From: Candidatus Multivoradales bacterium
GTDB lineage: Bacteria > Acidobacteriota > Thermoanaerobaculia > Multivoradales > JAHEKO01
Length of the DNA stretch: 64,000 bases
NCBI GenBank assembly: GCA_965223855.1
Contig: CBDCXM010000009.1
Location: forward strand, 1,472,001-1,536,000
Direction: 5' to 3'
Each line of letters opens with the position of its first letter. Position 1 is the first letter of the stretch. Position numbers and translations under genes: made by a program. This document shows, one piece after another, positions 59,462 through 64,000 of the stretch. Under the pieces are notes generated by a model, which did not search any database, was not told the DNA's origin, and saw only the letters and a program-made list of their open reading frames with translations.

Positions 59462-60987
59462 ACGACCTCGACCTTCCCGACTTCCTGGACCTTCCCGATC
59501 TCGCCTGCGCCCGCCTCGGCGGGGAAGTGCTGGCCGCCAACGACGACTTCTTCGCCGAGAAAGAGAACCTCGTTCTCGACTCGGCACCGCACTGGGATCC
59601 CGATCGCTACACCGACCGCGGCAAGTGGATGGACGGCTGGGAGACGCGGCGGCGGCGTGACGAGGGCTACGACTGGTGCATCGTCCGCCTCGGCCTGCCG
59701 GGGATCGTCCGCGGGGTCGTCGTCGATACCGCCCACTTCCGCGGCAACTACCCGGAGAGCTGCTCGATCGAAGGCTGCTGCCTGCCGGACGGAGCGTCGG
59801 CCGAGGAGGTCCTGGCCGAGGAGATCGAGTGGCTGGAGATCCTCGCTCGCGCTCCGCTCGAAGGAAACAGCGAGAACCGGTTCGCCGTCGATACCCCCTT
59901 CCGCTTCACCCACCTGCGGCTCAACATCTATCCCGACGGCGGGGTGGCGCGTCTGCGGGTTCACGGCGAGGTCGTACCCGCGCTCGAGTGCCTGACCTCC
60001 GAAGCCGCCATGGATCTCCTCGCCCTCGAGCACGGCGGCCGGGTGCTCGGCGCCAGCGACCGCTTCTTCAGCTCCCCCGAGAACCTGCTGCGGCCCGGCG
60101 ATCCCACCGGCATGCACGACGGCTGGGAGACCAAACGCCGACGCGGGCGCGGCAACGATTGGGCCGTCTTCCGACTCGCCGCCCCCGGGGTACCGAACCG
60201 GGTCGAGGTCGACACCCGCTTCTTCAAGGGCAACGCCCCCGGAAGCTGCTCGATCGAGGCCCTCACGCTGCCTCTCGAGGACGACGCCCGAGCGCTCGAG
60301 GATGATGCCGAGTGGCAGACCCTCCTCCCCAGGACCGACCTCCAACCGCACCATCAGCACGCCTTCGATCTCGAGCAGCCTTCGGGGCCGATCACCCACC
60401 TGCGACTCCAGACCTACCCCGACGGCGGCGTCGCCCGCCTCAGGTTGTGGGGCGTGCCTGACAGAAAGGCGGCTCCGGCGCTCGCCCTCCGCGAGCTCAA
60501 CTGCCTGCCACCCGCACTGGCCGGTGCCAGACTCCTCGACTGCTGCGGCGCCTCCACCTGGGCCGCCGCGATGACCGCGCGCCGACCCTTCCCCGACCCG
60601 GCGAGTCTCCGAACCGCCGCCGAGGAGGAAGCCGACCGCCTCACTGACGACCAGTGGCTCGAGGCCTTCGCTGCTCACCCGCCGATCGGCGGCGACCAGG
60701 CCGAACGACCCCGCGGCGAGACCTCCGCCCGCTGGTCGAGCCAGGAACAGTCCGGCGTCGCAGAGGCCGGCGACGAAGTCCGAGCCCGCCTCGCCGAGGC
60801 CAACCGCCTCTACCGCGAGCGCTTCGGCTACGGCTTCATCGTCTGCGCCACCGGCAAGACGGCGGAAGAGATGCTCGCCCTGATCGAAGAGAGAATGACC
60901 CACGACCCATCGGAGGAGATCGCCGTGGCGGCCGAAGAAGAGAAAAAGATCATGCGCCTGAGACTCGAACGGCTGGTGCCCGCATGA
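59458..60987 (+). CDS. alc: Allantoicase fused to OHCU decarboxylase (Alc-UraD)
   Basis: Two DGWET(R/K)R...PDGGVARLR repeats; C-terminal CCGA..W, AHPPIG, S.QEQSG, N..Y..RFGY.FIVCATG. Confidence 0.92.
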   Translation: MNDLDLPDFLDLPDLACARLGGEVLAANDDFFAEKENLVLDSAPHWDPDRYTDRGKWMDGWETRRRRDEGYDWCIVRLGLPGIVRGVVVDTAHFRGNYPESCSIEGCCLPDGASAEEVLAEEIEWLEILARAPLEGNSENRFAVDTPFRFTHLRLNIYPDGGVARLRVHGEVVPALECLTSEAAMDLLALEHGGRVLGASDRFFSSPENLLRPGDPTGMHDGWETKRRRGRGNDWAVFRLAAPGVPNRVEVDTRFFKGNAPGSCSIEALTLPLEDDARALEDDAEWQTLLPRTDLQPHHQHAFDLEQPSGPITHLRLQTYPDGGVARLRLWGVPDRKAAPALALRELNCLPPALAGARLLDCCGASTWAAAMTARRPFPDPASLRTAAEEEADRLTDDQWLEAFAAHPPIGGDQAERPRGETSARWSSQEQSGVAEAGDEVRARLAEANRLYRERFGYGFIVCATGKTAEEMLALIEERMTHDPSEEIAVAAEEEKKIMRLRLERLVPA

Positions 60988-61328
60988 GCATCACCACCCA
61001 CGTCCTCGACCTCGCCCGGGGCCGCCCCGCCGAAGGAATCGAAGTCACCCTCGAGATGGCCGACAGGACCGGCTCCTTCTGGCACCCGATCGGCACCGAC
61101 CACACCAACCCCGACGGCCGAGCCCAGACCCTCGTCCCCGAAACCGCCAACCTCCAGCCCGGCCGCTACCGCCTCACCTTCCAAACCGCCCCCTACTTCG
61201 CCGCCCACGACACCGACACCTTCTACCCCCGAATCGTCATCGAGTTCCAGGTCCCCGACGAGACCCAGCACTACCACGTCCCCCTCCTCCTCAGCCCGTT
61301 CGGATACTCCACCTACCGCGGCAGCTGA
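60984..61328 (+). CDS. uraH: 5-hydroxyisourate hydrolase
   Basis: ITTHVLD, DGR, HYHVPLLLSP, C-terminal YRGS; ATGA overlap. Confidence 0.97.
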   Translation: MSITTHVLDLARGRPAEGIEVTLEMADRTGSFWHPIGTDHTNPDGRAQTLVPETANLQPGRYRLTFQTAPYFAAHDTDTFYPRIVIEFQVPDETQHYHVPLLLSPFGYSTYRGS

Positions 61329-61356
61329 ACCCGCCCTCTCTTCTCCCTCCCCAGCA

Positions 61357-61679
61357 GGGTTGTCTTGGAGGCCGCCCACATAAGACGATGGAAGGGAGGT
61401 CCGGTCCGTCAAGGCGGTGCCGATGTAACCGGCAGAGCGACCGCGACCTACCTTCAACCTCTCCATAGGGTCGTCTCGAGACCGACCATCTCAGGGCCGT
61501 GAGGCAAGGGCGACCACACCAGGCTCGGCAGGCCTCCAACGACTCCAGCCCGCAGCCGACAGAGCGGCGCCATCCACACAACCACCGGCAAAGCGCCGCG
61601 TGCGCTGAGATGGGCGGTCTCGAGATGACCCGGTACCCCGCGTGCCCGGAAATGGGTGGCCTCGATACGACCCGGCCGT
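61357..61679. repeat. Cluster of related 30-42 bp repeats, direct and inverted, between convergent genes
   Basis: Direct pair 61596-61637 / 61638-61679 (31 of the first 38 nt identical); inverted copy 61468-61497 (27/30 to unit 1); degenerate copy near 61357. Confidence 0.75.
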
Positions 61680-61681
61680 CG

Positions 61682-63025
61682 TCACCTCCGAGCGTCCAGA
61701 ATCCGCAAGAACGACCTCCCCCGAATCTCCTCCAGCGACAACCCCGTCCGCTCCACCGCCTCCCCCTCGCCGATCGCCCCACAATTCACCGCCCGAAGAA
61801 AGTAGTTCAACAACCCCTGCCCCGTCGCCGCATCGTCGAACACGTCGCCCACCAGCGTCGCCTGCGCCGCCTTGCCGACGAAGTTGCTCAGCCGCTCGGC
61901 CGCCGCGTCGATCCCCTCGAGGAAGAAGGCGTAGACCGCCGCGTAGCGGGTCGGCAGCTGAGCGGGATGGAGATCCCACCCCTGGTAGTAGGCGTGCTCG
62001 AGCGAGTGCCGCACATGGTCGTAGTGAAGCTGCCAGGCGTCGTGCACCGTGCGGCGGTTTTCGGCCTCCTGCTGTGGAGTGAGAGGCGGCCCGTCGGCCG
62101 CGGCGCGATGGGGCGCCACCGGCAGGACGTTGGTCGCGCCGTCGCTCAGCCACACTCCCGTGCCGCCGAGCGCCACCTGCATGACGTGCCGGGCGAAGTC
62201 GCACGCCGGATGCGTCATGTGCTGGTAGGCGGCGGTGATGTCGCAAGAGGCGGTGTAGTCGTAGGTGCCGAAGTGCGCGGCGACGCAGCGTCCGTTGCCG
62301 GCGGCGACGAGATCACCCAGGGCAATGCGGCCGGACGCGTCGAGGATCGACTGCGTCGTCTCGATCATCAACTCGAAGCGGAGCGGCTCCGAAAGGCCGA
62401 GACGCTCCTCGAGTTGCGCCAGCGTTTCCGTGAACACCACCACCTGCCCGGGGCTGGTGATCTTGGGGAGCGTGATGACGAAGTTCGGCGGCAGCGTGCC
62501 GCCGGCGGCGGCGACCAGCGAGGAGACGAAGAGATCGAGTGTCCGCAGGCTGCGCGCCTTGAGGTCCTCGGTCAGCGGCTTGATCCGGATGCCGAGAAAC
62601 GGCGGCAGCGTCCCCTCGTCGAGACCGGCGGCCGTCTCCTGCGCCGTGCGCACGGCGTCGCCGTCCTCCTCGTCGTCGGGCCGGTTGCCGTAGCCGTCCT
62701 CGAAATCGATGCGGAAGTCCTCGACCGGCTCACGCTCCAGCTTCTCGACGACCCGGCCGTGGATCGGCTCCGCCAGCTCCTTCGACAGCCCGATCGCTGC
62801 GCCGAAGGCGGCGGCGTCGGGGGCGTAGGCGTCGAGCGAAGCTCTGGCCAGGGCCCCCAGCCGCTCAGCGGTGTTGCGCTTGAAGATCTGCGCTCCGCCG
62901 TAGACCGTGTGGACCGGCTGGCGGCGGCCGTCATCGCCCGGGAAGAGCCGGGCGACCTCGGAATTGACCTCGGCAAGCTGTGTCAGAAGCGGAGCGAGGT
63001 CGTGGTCGTCGAGAGTCGGCTTCAT
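61682..63025 (-). CDS. HpcH/HpaI-citrate lyase-malate synthase-like TIM barrel protein (DUF6986-like)
   Basis: RQPVHTVYGGA, RIDFEDGYG, TLPK, MIET, HFGTYDY, SDGATN, QGWDLHPAQL. Confidence 0.8.
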   Translation of the reverse strand: MKPTLDDHDLAPLLTQLAEVNSEVARLFPGDDGRRQPVHTVYGGAQIFKRNTAERLGALARASLDAYAPDAAAFGAAIGLSKELAEPIHGRVVEKLEREPVEDFRIDFEDGYGNRPDDEEDGDAVRTAQETAAGLDEGTLPPFLGIRIKPLTEDLKARSLRTLDLFVSSLVAAAGGTLPPNFVITLPKITSPGQVVVFTETLAQLEERLGLSEPLRFELMIETTQSILDASGRIALGDLVAAGNGRCVAAHFGTYDYTASCDITAAYQHMTHPACDFARHVMQVALGGTGVWLSDGATNVLPVAPHRAAADGPPLTPQQEAENRRTVHDAWQLHYDHVRHSLEHAYYQGWDLHPAQLPTRYAAVYAFFLEGIDAAAERLSNFVGKAAQATLVGDVFDDAATGQGLLNYFLRAVNCGAIGEGEAVERTGLSLEEIRGRSFLRILDARR

Positions 63026-63861
63026 GTCATCTCCAGGGTCAAGCGGCGGACGACGCGCTCCAGCGAGAAGCGTCGGTACTGGGCAGTCGATCGCACGTCG
63101 TCGATCGGCTGGACGGCCTCGGCGGCCAGACGACCTGCCAGATCGGCGGTCGCATCGTCGGCCCGCCTGCCGACGATCTCCCCTTCCACCGAGGGGAAGC
63201 GAATGGGTATCGCGGCGACGCTCCCTGCTGCGAGGCGGTAGGTGGTGAAGGTGCCGCCCTCGATCGTCGCCAGCACGCAGACGACGACCTTGCTGATCGC
63301 CTGTGCCGCGCGCGTTCCGACCTTGCGGAATGCCTGCTGCGAGCCGGCGGGCGGTGACGGCAGCTCCAGAGCGACCAGCAGTTCGCCTTCCCGCAGCGCC
63401 GTCGTCCGGTAGCCGGTGTGGAACTCGGTGTAGGGCACGCGGCGCTCTCCGGCGGGTCCTGCGACCACCGCGACCGTCTCGAGCGCCAGCAGCACCGGAA
63501 GCGAGTCACCCGCAGGACTTGCGTTGGCGACGTTGCCGCCGAGGGTGGCGCGATTCTGAATCTGCCAGCCGCCGATCTCCGAGGCCGCCTGGGCGAGGGC
63601 GGGGTAGCGGCTGCGGATCGTCGAATGATGCCGCAGCTCGGAGAAGGTCGTCGTTGCGCCGATCGCCAGCCCGCCTTCGATCTCCCGCACCCCCCGCAGC
63701 TCGGGTACCGACCCCAGATCGATCACCGCCGGCAGGTCGGCGCGCGCCTCGGGCTCGGCGACCATGAGGTCGGTACAGCCGGCGACCGGGCGCAGCTCGG
63801 GGTCGGCGCCGAGGAGCTCGATCGCTTCGGTGAGCGAGGTCGGGGAGGCCGAGCGCGTCAT
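63022..63861 (-). CDS. Xanthine dehydrogenase-family FAD-binding subunit
   Basis: AGCTDL, QIQNRATLGGN..NASPAGD, PIDDVRSTAQYR. Confidence 0.93.
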   Translation of the reverse strand: MTRSASPTSLTEAIELLGADPELRPVAGCTDLMVAEPEARADLPAVIDLGSVPELRGVREIEGGLAIGATTTFSELRHHSTIRSRYPALAQAASEIGGWQIQNRATLGGNVANASPAGDSLPVLLALETVAVVAGPAGERRVPYTEFHTGYRTTALREGELLVALELPSPPAGSQQAFRKVGTRAAQAISKVVVCVLATIEGGTFTTYRLAAGSVAAIPIRFPSVEGEIVGRRADDATADLAGRLAAEAVQPIDDVRSTAQYRRFSLERVVRRLTLEMT

Positions 63862-64000
63862 TTGTTCTCTTCTCCAGCTTCGTCCCCGCCGGAGTGATCC
63901 ACCAGCGCCCGGAAGATCCCCTCGTAGCCGGTGCAGCGACACAGATTCCCCGCTAATGCCTCCTGCACCTGCTCGCGGCTCGGCCGAGCGTCATGCTCCA
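63858..64000 (-). CDS. Xanthine dehydrogenase-family (2Fe-2S) subunit, 3' end only
   Basis: My translation ...EQVQEALAGNLCRCTGYEGIFRAL...ENK*; ATGA overlap with the FAD subunit. Confidence 0.9.
   Translation of the reverse strand, partial: EHDARPSREQVQEALAGNLCRCTGYEGIFRALVDHSGGDEAGEENK

Overview
GC-rich bacterial chromosome segment with about 54 genes and no rRNA, tRNA, CRISPR array, integrase or transposase that I can see. Gene content suggests Acidobacteriota, class Thermoanaerobaculia (inference only). It is rich in exported enzymes: M28, S41, S1 and two caspase-family proteases, amidohydrolases, a GH-A glycosidase, a cPLA2/patatin-type lipoprotein and a GDA1/CD39 NTPDase. It also carries nptA-ppk2, vapBC, divergent oxyR-katG with an OxyR box, and the end of a purine catabolism cluster (NCS2 permease, deaminase, allB, alc-uraD fusion, uraH, xanthine dehydrogenase subunits). 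The top observation is that four unrelated exported proteins end in the same 19-residue tail, [IV]FxDGFE[ST]G[DN][TL]xxWSxxxP-COOH, a candidate C-terminal sorting or attachment signal with no transmembrane helix. Secondary observations: about 10 genes show a leaderless-promoter signature (TAnnnT 5-8 nt before the start codon), there are eukaryote-type secreted enzymes and unusual fusions, and there is a REP-like repeat cluster. Several single-base frameshifts look like sequencing errors. All functional calls come from motif recognition; no database searches were run.
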